This document shows positions 13,621-25,939 of a stretch of DNA of 64,000 bases, piece after piece. The DNA comes from Macrostomum lignano (Eukaryota). The stretch is taken from assembly GCA_002269645.1 (NCBI GenBank), contig NIVC01000172.1:1-64000 (forward strand), given 5' to 3'. The notes beneath the pieces were generated by a model, which searched no databases, was not told the origin of the DNA, and saw only the letters and a list, made by a program, of their open reading frames with translations. The position numbers and the translations under genes are program-made. Each line of letters starts with the position of its first letter. The stretch's first letter is position 1.

Positions 13621-16600
13621 TCACTTTGATTTGATTTTCGATTGCCGAAGCAGCGACTTCAGCTCCTTGGCCAGGGCTGCCACCTTCTGACCGTACTCGG
13701 TGGTCTTGTCCGATGAGCGCAGCTTGTCCCTCAGCTTCTGCGCCAGCTTGCTCATGGCTGGCAGGCTTGCCTGAGCATTGATGGGGTGCGATTGAGTTTG
13801 TAGTTGAACATCGAATACTCTTCATGTGAGAAGGGATTATCTTACCCATGAGACTCTAGGAGCTGAAACTCTCCCTCCCCACCATGAGAATTGAAAACCT
13901 CCCTAAATTAGAAACGAAAATCCCACCTATTCAAACCTAAAGTCTTACCTATGAGAATCCAAAATCTAACCTATGTTGAAAATCTCACCAATAAGAAATG
14001 AAAATCTCACTAATGAGAATTGAAAATCTCACCAATGAGAATTGAAAATCTCACCAATGAGAATTGAAAATCTCACCAATGAGAATTGAAAATCATCTCA
14101 CCCATGAGAATAGAAAATCTCACCAATGAGAATTGAAAATCTCACCAATGAGAATTGAAAATCTCACCAATGAGAATTGAAAATCATCTCACCCATGAGA
14201 ATAGAAAATCTCACCAATGAGAATAGAAAATCTCACCAATGAGAATCGAAAATGTCACCAATGAGAATTGAAAATCTCACCAATGAGAATTGAAAATCTC
14301 ACCAATGAGAATTGAAAATCTCACCAATGAGAATAGAAAATCTCAACAATGAGAACCGAAAATCTCACCAATGAGAATAGAAAATCTCAGCACTCACCAT
14401 AAAAGCGTCAGCCAGAGTGGTGCCCCCAACCGTGGCGGCCTGCATCGCCTCGGTCTCCCTGGCCGCATTGCCAATAAAGCAGACCCAGCCCAGTCGAATT
14501 GCCGGATCAGCAGCCAGCAGCTGGTTGGCAGTGCCCGGAACTGGCAGTTCGTCAACTTCAACATTGGTAGCCAAGGCAATCAGGCAGGCGCCAGAGTCGG
14601 AGGTCAGATTGCTGAGCAGGGTGAGGCACTGGCGCAAACGTCTGGACTGCTCAGAGGACTGGTCGGCAGGCGGGGCGGCCAGTTGGAGCCGCAGCTCGGC
14701 GATGAAGCCCGGCAGCAGGGGCAGCAGGCGGGGCCGGCAGGGCTCGTACAGGGCCAGGTTGGCCAGCAGCTGCAGGCCGTACTGAGCCAGCCGGGCTGAG
14801 CTCGGCACCACCGAGGCGATGGCGCCGGCAATGTCCAGGATGGCCTGCTGGTTGGAGGGCACGCCTGCGAAAGGGGGGAGTGGCGGTTAGGGAGCTTCTG
14901 GTGATAGGGGAAGAGGGAGATGTGTTCTAGGGTGAGAAGTAGATAGGATAGGGTGAGGGGTGTACACGGTAAACTAAAGGGAGAAACGGGACGGAAAGGG
15001 AGCACGGAAGGGTGAGAGGGGGACACAGTAGAGTGAGAGGGAGACACGGAAGGGTGAGAGGGGGACACAGTAGAGTGAGACGGAGACACAGTAGAGTGAG
15101 AGGGAGACACGGAAGGGTGAGAGGGGGACACAGTAGAGTGAGAGGGAGACACGGTAGAGTGAGAGGGAGACACGGGAGGGTGAGAGGGGGACACGGGAGG
15201 GTGAGAGGGGGATACGGGAGAGTGAGAGGGGGACACGGGAGAGTGAGAGGGGGACACGAAAAGGTGAGAGGGAGACACGGGAGGGTGAGAGGGAGACACG
15301 GGAGGGGGGTGAGAGGGGGACACGGGAGGGGGTGAGAGGGGGACACGGGAGGGTGAGAGGGAGACAAGGGAGGGTGAGAGGGAGACACGGGAGGGTGAGA
15401 GGGAGACACGGGAGGGTGAGAGGGGACACGGGAGGGTTAGAGGGAGACACGGGAGGGTGAGAGGGAGACACGGGAGGGTGAGAGGGAGACACGGGATGGT
15501 GAGAGGGGGACACGGGAGGGTGAGAGGGGGACACGGGAGGGTTAGAGGGGGACACGGGATGGTGAGAGGGAGACACGGGAGGGTGAGAGGGAGACACGGG
15601 AGGGGGGTGAGAGGGGGACACGGGAGGGGGGTGAGAGGGGGACACGGGAGGGTGAGAGGGGGACACGGGAGGGTTAGAGGGGAGACACGGGATGGTGAGA
15701 GGGAGACACGGGAGGGTGAGAGGGAGACACGGGAGGGTGAGAGGGAGACACGGGATGGTGAGAGGGAGACACGGGATGGTGAGAGGGGGACACGGGAGGG
15801 TGAGAGGGGGACACGGGAGGGTGAGAGGGAGACAAGGGAGAGTGAGAGGGAGACACGGGAGGGTGAGAGGGAGACACGGGAGGGTGAGAGGGAGACACGG
15901 GATGGTGAGAGGGGGACACGGGAGGGTGAGAGGGGGACACGGGAGGGTGAGAGGGAGACAAGAGAGAGTGAGAGGGAGACACGGGAGGGTGAGAGGGGGA
16001 CACGGGAGGGTGAGAGGGGGACACGGGAGGGTGAGAGGGGGACACTGGAGGGTGAGAGGGGGCACGGGAGGGTGAGAGGGGGACACGGGAGGGTGAGGGG
16101 GACACTGGAGGGTGAGAGGGGGGCACGGGAGGGTGAGAGGGGAACACGGTAGAGTGAGAGGTGGACACGGGAGGGTGAGAAGGGGACACGGGAGGGTGAG
16201 AGGGGAACACGGTAGAGGCAGACCCAGCCTCACCAGACAGGTTGATGAGGTTCAGCAGGCACTGCAGCCGCACTTCAACAGCTCCGCTATTCCGTTGGAA
16301 CACGCGGCAGATCTCGGCAACCAGACAGCCACCCCTGCTCAGCCGGTCCATGTGATGCTGGAACTGGGCCAGCCGGCCTATCAGCTGCATCGCTCTGACC
16401 GTTTCGCCGTCAGAGCTGCCAGCCAAGCACCTGGCCAGGACGTCGGCGTCTCGGTCGAGCAGCTGGACGCTGGCGCAGTCGGACTTGCTCATGGCGGCCA
16501 GCCGGTTGGCTATGAACTCCGGCGTCAGGTCGGAGTCTGCGCCGGCTGAGCCTTTGGCCGCTTCTTGGGATCGGATCTCCTGCGAGAGTGCGGTTGGGAA

Positions 16601-18791
16601 TTGTTGCCTTTTTAGGGAATTGCAGAGACCTGCTGTTGCCAGGTTGTGATGGTGACTGTGAGGTTGTGATGGTGACTGTGAGGTTGTGATGGTGACTGTG
16701 AGGTTGTGATGGTGACTGTGAGGTTGTGATGGTGACTGTGAGGTTGTATTGGTGATTGTGAGGTTGTGATGGTGACTGTGAGGTTGTGATGGTGACTGTG
16801 AGGTTGTATTGGTGATTGTGAGGTTGTGATGGTGACTGTGAGGTTGTATTGGTGATTGTGAGGTTGTGATGGTGACTGTGAGGTTGTATTGGTGATTGTG
16901 AGGTTGTGATGGTGACTGTGAGGTTGTGATGGTGACTGTGAGGTTCTGATGGTGACTGTGAGGTTGTATTGGTGATTGTGAGGTTGTGATGGTGACTGTG
17001 AGGTTGTGATGGTGACTGTGAGGTTGTATTGGTGATTGTGAGGTTGTGATGGTGACTGTGAGGTTGTGATGGTGACTGTGAGGTTGTATTGGTGATTGTG
17101 AGGTTGTGATGGTGACTGTGAGGTTGTATTGGTGATTGTGAGGTTGTGATGGTGACTGTGAGGTTGTATTGGTGATTGTGAGGTTGTGATGGTGACTGTG
17201 AGGTTGTGATGGTGACTGTGAGGTTCTGATGGTGACTGTGAGGTTGTATTGGTGATTGTGAGGTTGTGATGGTGATTGTGAGGTTGCGATGGTGATTGTG
17301 AGGTTGTATTGGTGATTGTGAGGTTGTGATGGTGACTGTGAGGTTGCGATGGTGACTGTAAGGTTGTGATGGTGACTGTGAGGTTGTTTTAGCGATTGTG
17401 AGGTTGTATTGGTGATTGTGAGGTTGTGTTGATGATTGTGAGGTTTTATTGCTGATTTTGAGTTGTTTTAGTGATTTGGAGGTTGTAGGTTGTGATGGCA
17501 GTGACAGTGATCCGTAGACACAGCGGCGAGGCGAGGGTCCGGTGACTGGGAGGTTTTGTTGACGACACTAATTGAGAACAGCTGGTGTTACAGTTATCCC
17601 CTATTGCCCTAAACCCCTCCTTCTTGAGCATCAACAGCTGCACATCAGGCCAGGTATGCTAGGCCCGTTCTATCAGCAAAGAAACCTGTTCGAAATCGGA
17701 GTCAACAATCTCTGTCTCTGGAGCAGGGGCAGCCGCGCCGCCACGGCCAGGTCCGGCTGACTGGAAACCGCCCGGCCGAGCGGCCATCACCCGACCTCCT
17801 GAGCTCGAATCGTCAATAGTCACCTCAGCGGCGCCAGCAGTGGAATCCTCTTCCTCTTCTATGGGTGTCACGTGATGCCGCAGTTTAACAGTAGAAGCTC
17901 CCGGCAGTCTAACTGAAGTATCAGCTGACAGAGATTCCATTTGCAGGTCTTCAGAATTGGCTGCATTAGCTGGGGCCTCATCTGGCGGGCCATTTTTGCT
18001 ACTGTCAGTAGGTTGGTGAGCTTTTTGCCTGCTAGATTTGCCTGAAAATGTAAGGTAGTAAAAGATAGCAGGTTAAGTCGAGAAATATACTAGCTATAAC
18101 TTTGATAACTTTTAAAGAAACCACCTAATTAGTGGTGCATATTTATCATCCATATTCTTAATATTTCCAATTAATAAATTTAGGTTATAAGCAGTCATAT
18201 TTCATTTTCTAAAAATACAATGGTAGGTTGATATAGGTAACTTTCTATTTTATCTAATAATTATAATACATTTGTATAATTATCAATATAGTTATTAAAG
18301 AAAAAATACAGCATAAACTATTTTTAAAAAATTAAATTTAAAGTAAAAAGATACTGAAATATAAATCTAATATTATTAAAATCATTCTACCTTGGATATC
18401 AAATTTCTAAAGCAAGTTCTAAGACATTTAATGATTTTTATAAACTACGCCTATAGAATTTTGGCCTGAATAAAATATATTTTCTATTCTAGGCCTATTT
18501 TTATTTTTGTCAACTTATAACTATAAGTTTGATGACTTATAAGCCTACCCAAATGCATTCTACTGTCTGTTTTATAAGGTCTGTTATGTAGAACTACATA
18601 ACAAGTATTAATAACTTCATGAAAACGATGAAAAGCATAACAGACATACCTTCAGTCTCTTTACCCGAAGTGATCTGCTTTAAATATCGATTGCGTAGAT
18701 AAATGAACCAGCTAGTCAAGGCAGTTGCGGCGCCTACACCAAACAACGCCAATGTTCGCCGACCAAGTACATGGTTTAGTGACAAAGCCAT
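13621..18791 (-). CDS. Armadillo-repeat protein with N-terminal membrane anchor, ARMC10/ARMCX-like (~486 aa)
   Basis: Exons 18791-18650, 18041-17686, 16579-16234, 14864-14398, 13770-13621; all junctions GT-AG and phase-consistent (1, 0, 1, 0). Hydrophobic N-terminus (ALFGVGAATALTSWFIYL), disordered linker, Arm-like segments (LQCLLNLINLSG, GLQLLANLAL, CLTLLSNLT). The family call rests on architecture only. Confidence 0.7.
13985..14388. repeat. 22-bp minisatellite CCAATGAGAATTGAAAATCTCA
   Basis: Array abutting the exon 4 donor of the Arm gene. Confidence 0.95.
14950..16212. repeat. 21-bp G-rich minisatellite GGGAGGGTGAGAGGG(A/G)GACAC
   Basis: Fills intron 3 of the Arm gene. Confidence 0.95.
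16640..17460. repeat. 20-bp minisatellite GTGAGGTTGTGATGGTGACT (second locus)
   Basis: Intron 2 of the Arm gene; same consensus as 8950-9595. Confidence 0.95.
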
Positions 18792-19630
18792 TTGTATGAG
18801 TCAATTTCTTAGGTATGGGGTTCAAAGAACAGTTTTTCAGGTTGTGATAACTTCACAGACTGAAAAGTGTAGACCTGTTTAGTGTTTATCAATCACACAA
18901 TCATAATCTGATGTCGTAGAAAAGTATGTCGCGACAATTACATTAAATTTTTGACTAATTAACTTAACAAACGTAAGCCTGTATGAATTATTTTTCTATT
19001 GTTACTAGTAAATAAAAGCCTTTACCAATTTGAACAGAAATTATTCTACTTTTTACTAACATGGGAAGTAATTGACTTTTAATTTGTTCGTTAATACAAT
19101 GTTAGACAATTGTAATACAGGCATACAAGCTGCTTCTACGTTGCTTAGATATTGATCATGAGCATATATGCGCAATCATGCAAACCAAACTCCTCTGCAG
19201 AAGGTAGTGCTGCATCACCAAACTGTTTAGAAGTGTACGCGTAGTGTGATATCGTAATCTATCACGCTTGCCAGTTACAGCTACATGTACAATAGGTGTG
19301 GTTCCTTCTAGTATAGCCGATAATATACTGCAGGCGACTATTAATGAATAGATAAGGTAGTCAGTTACGTTGCACACCGCATTTTAGATTGAATTTTTGA
19401 GAAAGAATCTTATTACTTTTTTTCTTCAAAAAAACTAGCGCTACAGATGATGTCGAAAACTGCCCTGATTGTACATGTATTTTTAGTCTATGGTGTCTTT
19501 GCTCAGCAAAGAAAAATCTAGCAGAGTCGTAAAGAAGCCCACTGAATGCTTTTTAGCTAACAATAATTTAAGTAAAAAGCTTCGCCAGCATCGTCCATTA
19601 AGTAATTATCGATCACTATATCGCTCGAGC

Positions 19631-19921
19631 ATGCCTTCCTCGCCGTCCAAGAAGTACGATCTGGACCTCGCTTACCAGAAAGAAAAGGTTCACACCTGCG
19701 AAACTCAGGCCATTCGTTATACGGACCTATCGCGAATGATCGGCAGGAACTTCAATCAAATATTCGAACAGTCGATGACGTTTGACGATGATGACGACCA
19801 GCAGCAGCAGGGCCAGGGCGAGGGGTGCGGGGCCAGGCGGGACGCCAGTCAGGGTGACCTCATCCAAGGAGTCTCTTCGTCATCCGACCAGCTTCCGTCA
19901 AACTCTGGAGCATCAAAGTAA
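19631..19921 (+). CDS. Hypothetical small protein or exon (MPSSPSKKYDLDLAYQKE...)
   Basis: GC-rich ORF with coding-like composition in AT-rich flanks, divergent from the Arm gene; no recognised domain. Confidence 0.35.
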   Translation: MPSSPSKKYDLDLAYQKEKVHTCETQAIRYTDLSRMIGRNFNQIFEQSMTFDDDDDQQQQGQGEGCGARRDASQGDLIQGVSSSSDQLPSNSGASK

Positions 19922-20485
19922 TGGCCATATCGTCCAGGCAGCAACGAAAGTCTACATAAACTTCTCTTGCTACACTTATCTATCCATTTCAATGAAAAAA
20001 CCTACTTCTCTTTGTTTTGCAGTCGACTCTCTCTAGCAAGAAGCGACACTTGAATAATATTTTCATTTGTTTTTTTTAAGTGTAGCTCGTACTGCACTAT
20101 TTGAAATGGTGCAGAAATGGTTTGCCTTGATAATCATCAAATAAATAAACAAAAAATGTATCAATTTTCGAACCGGTGTTTTCAAAGAATCATAGCCGAT
20201 ATGCTTTACTGTATATTTGCTTGTGTCTTCGATCATTTATTCGAGATTTATCAGGGAGAATAAAGTTTCAGGATAGAAATATGCATAAATATTCTAAGCC
20301 AGAGTACATGTATATAAAATTCCTATCTGGCTATGCCAGTTAAAGCGAATTTCGGTCTTTTGACGTGATCTATGGGTGACCCGGTTTAACACAAGGAATT
20401 ATCTATATGTATCCAACGGACATTGGGTGAGTACTCCGAGCAGATAATTCTGTGCTGCTAGAGAAGCAAGGGGGGAAACAATGAA

Positions 20486-21571
20486 TCAATGTTCTTCGTG
20501 CAGCATCGATTGCAGCTCGGCAAAGGTCGGCTTCCGTTTCAGCAGCATCCGCTTGATCCTGTCAACCTCGGTGTTGCCGTAACTGAACGGCGACTCCATG
20601 AGGCCGCTCCGGCTGGCCGTGGTGCTGGGCCGGGAGCTCTCGATGCTGCTGGTGCCAAGCAGATCTTCCGGCTTCTCCGGATTGGCCAGCTGCCAGAGCG
20701 CTATTTCAACTCGCTGCACGTCGCTGTAATCCCGCACAGTCGCGTAGATGCCGCGCACCTTAATGCCGAACCGAATCAGCTCGAGTTTCGGCTCGTTCTT
20801 ATTAAACGTGATCACCCAACGGTTCTCCATGCCTTTGACGTTGACGGTGCTAGCCAGAGGCAGAAACTGGATGCACTGGACGACGTACTGGCCGGCTAAA
20901 ATCTCCAGCTTGCTGTCGATGGCCATTTTCACCTCCGAATGGGTCACCTGGGTGCCTGCAGAGTAGAAGCATATAGGATAACTATATCAGCGATCCAAGC
21001 AAGATGAAGACAAGCAAAAATTATGAATTAAGTCAAATCGTGCACTTATATATTTTACTCTCAATTTTGAGCAATGTTAAATTAAAATCAAACTACATGA
21101 ACTTTAATAGAGGCAATTAATCCTGTGCTAGATGAAGTACTAATAATTGACTGCACCAATGACTGCAGCAATGCAGAGTTAAGTGTCTTGCTCAAGGACA
21201 CAAATTGTTCCAGTGGGATCGGGAATCGAACTCCCAACCTTTCAGTCGTGAGTCCGACGCTTTAACCACTAGGCTACAAGTAGGCTAAGTTGACAGTGCG
21301 GAAGCTGGAATCCAGCTCGTAGATACATGTAGTTAGTTCGCAGGTCTTTTGGGGCCACGGCCGACCCCGCAGCCCCCCCCGCCACCTGAGCAACCAAGTC
21401 ACCTGGAAAGTTGAAGCACACGGTGAACGGCAAAGCGATAAACTTAGGTGGATCAGTGTTCCTGCAGTAAACTGGCCTGATGATTCGCTTCATGCCTTGA
21501 TCCTCTTGCACCAATTTGCCAATGTGGCCCTTCAGGTTGGGCACTAAGTGTAGAATTTTGAACGGGTCCAT
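20486..21571 (-). CDS. Hypothetical spliced gene; 3' exon (20955-20486) has an RRM-like segment resembling L1/Tx1 ORF1p
   Basis: Acceptor ctactctgcag at 20956; GC3-rich exon (VQCIQFLP..RWVITF..GIKVRG). Upstream ORF 21571-21269 is a probable exon but its donor is unresolved. Confidence 0.45.
21168..21278 (-). mobile_element. tRNA-derived CORE-type SINE, copy 1 (3'-truncated)
   Basis: Minus strand reads TAGCCTAGTGG (A box), AGTTCGATTCC (B box), then TGTGTCCTTGAGCAAGACACTTAACTC. Confidence 0.8.
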
Positions 21572-21930
21572 TCTGCTGAATGCTGCAAGTTTTTTTTAAT
21601 ATTGAACAGCCAGGAATATTGGTTAGAAAGTTAGCTGAAGACTAATCAGGACGGCAGCTTTTAAGCGTTTTATCCTCCTTTCAAAATTACATGTAATTTC
21701 CTTTTCTTTTATTAATTATTTATCGCATTCAGCTGATTGCAAACTGCACAGTGAAGGTAATAAAATAAAGTGACTTTACAAGGCGAGCCTTTGTGAGTAG
21801 CAGCGTTAGGTGATCAGTACTTAGCTATAGGGATACTGCTTCCAGATAGCAGATGGCAACCAAATATAGTTGTATTCATAGCTCAACTCAGCTGCATGGC
21901 GTGCTGAGAACGCTAAATACTAAGCTAAAG

Positions 21931-23310
21931 TATAGCTTTTTGCAGCCTATTTGGGCTCGAATTAGATTTAATCCAAGATATGCTTGCCAAAGTAACGGAG
22001 CTTTTGTCTATGGTAGCAAGGCTGGCACAGCAGCAGTTAATTTGGTCCAACAAGCATCAATTTGGTCCATAGCGGCTATGAAAGCCAATCACAAGTTAAA
22101 ACTGTGTAATGCGATTTATTTGAGCAAATTTCACTGTACCAACACAAGGTGACGTCAAAAATCTAATCTGCTTAACTATAGCAAAGTATAAAGTCAAAAC
22201 ACATGTTTGATGAAAAGAAGAAAAGCGTGTTAAATTAACTTTTTTCCTTGCCATGCAAGTGGCCATGAAGCGCAGCATCAGCCTGTACCAACCTGAACTC
22301 TTTAAAGGTGTGATGGCAGCTGTAGCGGCATTGGCAATGCGGTGAAGCACTATGTACTCTCCATTGGCCAAGGGTGGTGTTTAGGAGGCGGCTGATCAAG
22401 CTCTAGTTGGTTGGCCGGGTCACTGAGCTCCTGTTTGATTGCAGCCTTCAGGCAAGAATAGACAGCCTTGACAGGATTTAGAAATGGGGAGTATGGTTGC
22501 AATGTGATGAGCTTGGATCCTGTCCTGATGTACTTCCGAAATGCTCCGTTATGAAACCGCGCATCATACAAAATGACGCGCATCTGTTGGGCATCCAGTC
22601 CATGAACTTTGAGTAGAGACTGCAGCAGTTGACTGATGGTCGGTAAAACCGCTTGCAGTACATTCACTTGCTGACCTCGACGACGACCACGACTTTGAGT
22701 CGAAATGCTAAATCCAGTCTCGTCCAGATAACTCGTCCGGGCTGTTGCGTACATGTACGAGCGTACTTCTGGAAGGTCAGCGTCTCTACCAAGATTTTCA
22801 GTGTTATCAGTCGCTTTTCCAGAGCTCTGCTGATGGTCGAAATGCTGAAAAACAAATAGAACTGTTCTTTCAACTTCGGCTGCATTTTCTGCAACGTCAA
22901 CAAAGGGTTTGTCTCAATTGCATCGAGTAGCAGTTGGACCTGAGGCTTCCGTAACTTGTTTTGGCGATTTCTGTCCCTCCGCAGACGATCTCTGCTTCCA
23001 GTGGTTTCAACACGCTGACAGATTCTTTAAAGCGTCTTTTCTTTGACACTCAGCAACTTTGCAATGTCCTTTAGGTGTTCACCTCCGTCCGATGCTTTGA
23101 TCACAAGCTCATGGCGTTCGTTGGACAGTCTAGAGTATATGGTCTACGATTCCACTACTGATACTGCTCAGCAGTTTCAACAGTTTCAAATGAATCATTG
23201 CTTCTGTCCTCACTGCTTGTGTCAGATATGTCTACATTAAAGTCTAGGGGTGAAAATATGGAGCTGCTATGGACAAAATTGATGCTTGTTGGATCAAATT
23301 AAATGCTGCT
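21931..23310 (-). mobile_element. IS630/Tc1-like DNA transposon remnant with decayed transposase
   Basis: ~145-bp TIR at 21931-22075 starting TA|TAG; partial opposite TIR at ~23262-23310. Transposase fragments ~23140-22100 with an HTH-like N-terminus, LDETGF, DARFH and LQPYSPFLNPV (DDE_3-type), with stops and frameshifts. Confidence 0.8.
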
Positions 23311-23324
23311 CTACAACACTTGCT

Positions 23325-24060
23325 CGTGTCTATGGTCTTGCAACACTCACTAGTGTCTATGGTCTTGCAACACTCACTAGTGTCTATGGTCTTGCAACAG
23401 TCGCTAGTGTTGCAACACTCACTAGTGTCTATGGTCTTGCAACAGTCGCTAGTGTCTATGGTCTTGCAACACTCGCAAGTGTTGCAACAGTCGCTAGTGT
23501 CTATGGTCTTGCAACACTCGCTAGTGTCTATGGTCTTGCAACAGTCGCTAGTGTCTATGGTCTTGCAACACTCGCTAGTGTTGCAACAGTCGCTAGTGTC
23601 TATGGTCTTGCAACACTCGCTAGTGTCTATGGTCTTGCAACAGTCGCTAGTGTCTATGGTCTTGCAACACTCGCTAGTGTCTATGGTCTTGCAACACTCG
23701 CTAGTGTCTATGGTCTTGCAACACTCGCTAGTGTCTATGGTCTTGCAACACTCGCTAGTGTCTATGGTCTTGCAACACTCGCTAGTGTCTATGGTCTTGC
23801 AACAGTCGCTAGTGTTGCAACAGTCGCTAGTGTCTATGGTCTTGCAACAGTCGCTAGTGTTGCAACACTCGCTAGTGTCTATGGTCTTGCAACAGTCGCT
23901 AGTGTTGCAACACTCACTAGTGTCTATGGTCTTGCAACAGTCGCTAGTATCTATGGTCTTGCAACACTCGCTAGTATCTATAGTCTTGCAACAGTCGCTA
24001 GTGTCTATGGTCTTGCAACAGTCGCTAGTGTCTATGGTCTTGCAACACTTGCTAGTGTCT
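23325..24060. repeat. 27-bp minisatellite CTAGTGTCTATGGTCTTGCAACA(C/G)TCG with 18-bp deletion variants
   Basis: Starts where the right TIR of the Tc1-like element breaks off. Confidence 0.95.
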
Positions 24061-24559
24061 GTTCACACTTTTCTTATTTGGAATTCTGTCGAATTTAATA
24101 CAGTAGAAGCATGTGGTAGCACAGAAGAATAAGTGTCGCATTTGTTCAAAGTTGGTCGCCAATCAAAGCTTGAAATTTCAGTAAGTCAAATAGGTAGTAA
24201 AAATAAAAGACAATATGCCTTATATATTTTTAACTATTGAATAATACTTAGAAGCGTGAGTTCTTGGTCTTTTTTCTGTTGTGGAACGCACAGCTTGTAT
24301 TTTTGTTTAAAATGTAAAAAGCATAGCTTATTCGATGGTACGCATTGCCGAAGTTCGAAACAGCAAGCAAAACTTTTAAGTCGATGGCTCAATGAGTTGA
24401 GTCGAGTGAGCAATGGAAGATTTATAATATTCCGGGCGAATATCGCGTGGAAGAACACTATTTTCTTAATTTATTACTTGCTAGCTTAGTAATTAAAATA
24501 TTGATTAAGAATATGTTGGTTGGAAGTCACTGTCGAGAAGACTGTTACGCGACAGTCGC

Positions 24560-24902
24560 TTACAGGCCGGCCTTGTACACCAGGATGGCAAAGGGGCCGT
24601 TCTGGAAGTAGCCGAAGGTGCTCTTCTCGTGCGTCACGTAGCTGGAAAGTCAGGCGGCAATGAGTAGTTGAGTTTATTTATAGCTGATAAAATTTCAGAA
24701 GAAGCGCTGCGTGAAACTCTCACCTAGCGTAGTTGCGGCCAACGGTCACCTGCCAGGTGGGGGTGAACTTGCTGTCCAGCCTCTTCTTCAGGTTGCTGGC
24801 GATGCCATCGTCGTCCTTGTACTCGGCGCAGATCTCGTTGATCAGAGCGAGGACGTCCGGCTTCAGCTCGGGGGACATGTCACCCTTCTGGAACTGCGCC
24901 AT
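24560..24902 (-). CDS. Dynein light chain, LC8 family (87 aa, divergent)
   Basis: Exons 24902-24724 and 24641-24560 (82-bp GT-AG intron, phase 2). IASNLKKRLDSKFTPTWQVTVGRNYASYVTHEKSTFGYF matches the LC8 pattern IAAxIKKEFDKKYxPTWHCIVGRNFGSYVTHE. Confidence 0.92.
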
Positions 24903-24992
24903 TCTGACTGAGTTGTTTGAGCTTGAGCTTGAATGAGTTGCTTCAAAAATTCGAGTGGTGTGCGGTTCTGCACCGCGGCCCGAACGTCTTCA

Positions 24993-25045
24993 TTTTATAT
25001 CGCCAGCGAGAGAAGCTTTGGGGTGCCCGCCAAGCCCGCCATTGG
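24993..25045 (-). promoter_or_regulatory. Putative core promoter of the dynein light chain gene (CCAAT + TATA)
   Basis: Minus-strand CCAAT at 25045-25041 and TATAAAA at 24999-24993, about 90 bp upstream of the ATG. Confidence 0.55.
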
Positions 25046-25939
25046 TCGAGCCGCACCCACTACGCTGGGTCTTAGCTGCAGCTAAACTCCAGCTGGACTG
25101 GCCCCTCAGGCTGTTCAGCTGAGAATGCAGCCAGCTTGAAGCTAAAAACTCCTAGTCAGGAAATTTACCTCAGAGACTGGTCTGCGTTGAGCTGCATCTT
25201 TTTGTTTCTTCTTTTGTGCCGTTCTAACCCACCCTCCACCCGCAGTAGCGAGTGGTGCGAGGGCTGCGTCAACGGCGCGCGCCGCCCTGGGGCAACAGGC
25301 GAACCGGGTCACGCTGCCATTGTAGTCACTTCTGCAGGTAAAGTATGCACGCTCGCAGCCCCCGTGCTCTGGAATTCTCTTTTCTCTCTCTTTTGTGTCG
25401 CACAGCACAGTCTGAGTCTATGCTGAACTCACTTTGCTGCATTCCTGCGGCCCACAGCTGCTGTAGTAGTTGTAGCTGCTTTCCGAAAAGTGACCCAACC
25501 CTCCCTCCTCTTTCAGAGAGTTTGAATGAAGCTGAATGGGGCATATGCACTCTGCTCAATGAATATTCAATGAGTTAGAAAGGAAGCAAAGATGCAGTTT
25601 TGAAAGAGACTGGAATTTTCGGGCAAAAATTCCCCGTTATGCTCTTACGCTAGTAGTGTAGTTCAATATGTTTATAGTGGAATATCGATGACAACCCGTC
25701 ATATGTACTTCTTATAAAGCCAGCAGATTTGATCACCATCGCTGACTTCATAGTCCCTAAAAACTACAGTCCTCATCTTCCTCAGGCTGGCCGCAGACAC
25801 CTCAGCTCGAAAGCGGTTTTCACGGGAGTTTGTGATAGACGTTACGCTAGCTAATCCTGATGAAAAAAATAACGACGAAGAGTCTACCTCTACCTCTGAA
25901 CCGAATATATAACTAACCATTGACACTAGTTCTGGCACA

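Noticed and set aside
25699-25938. Minus-strand ORF with a faint ubiquitin-like ending (DYEVSDGDQICWLYK)
   Set aside because: Short, no supported splice partner or clear fold; insufficient evidence.
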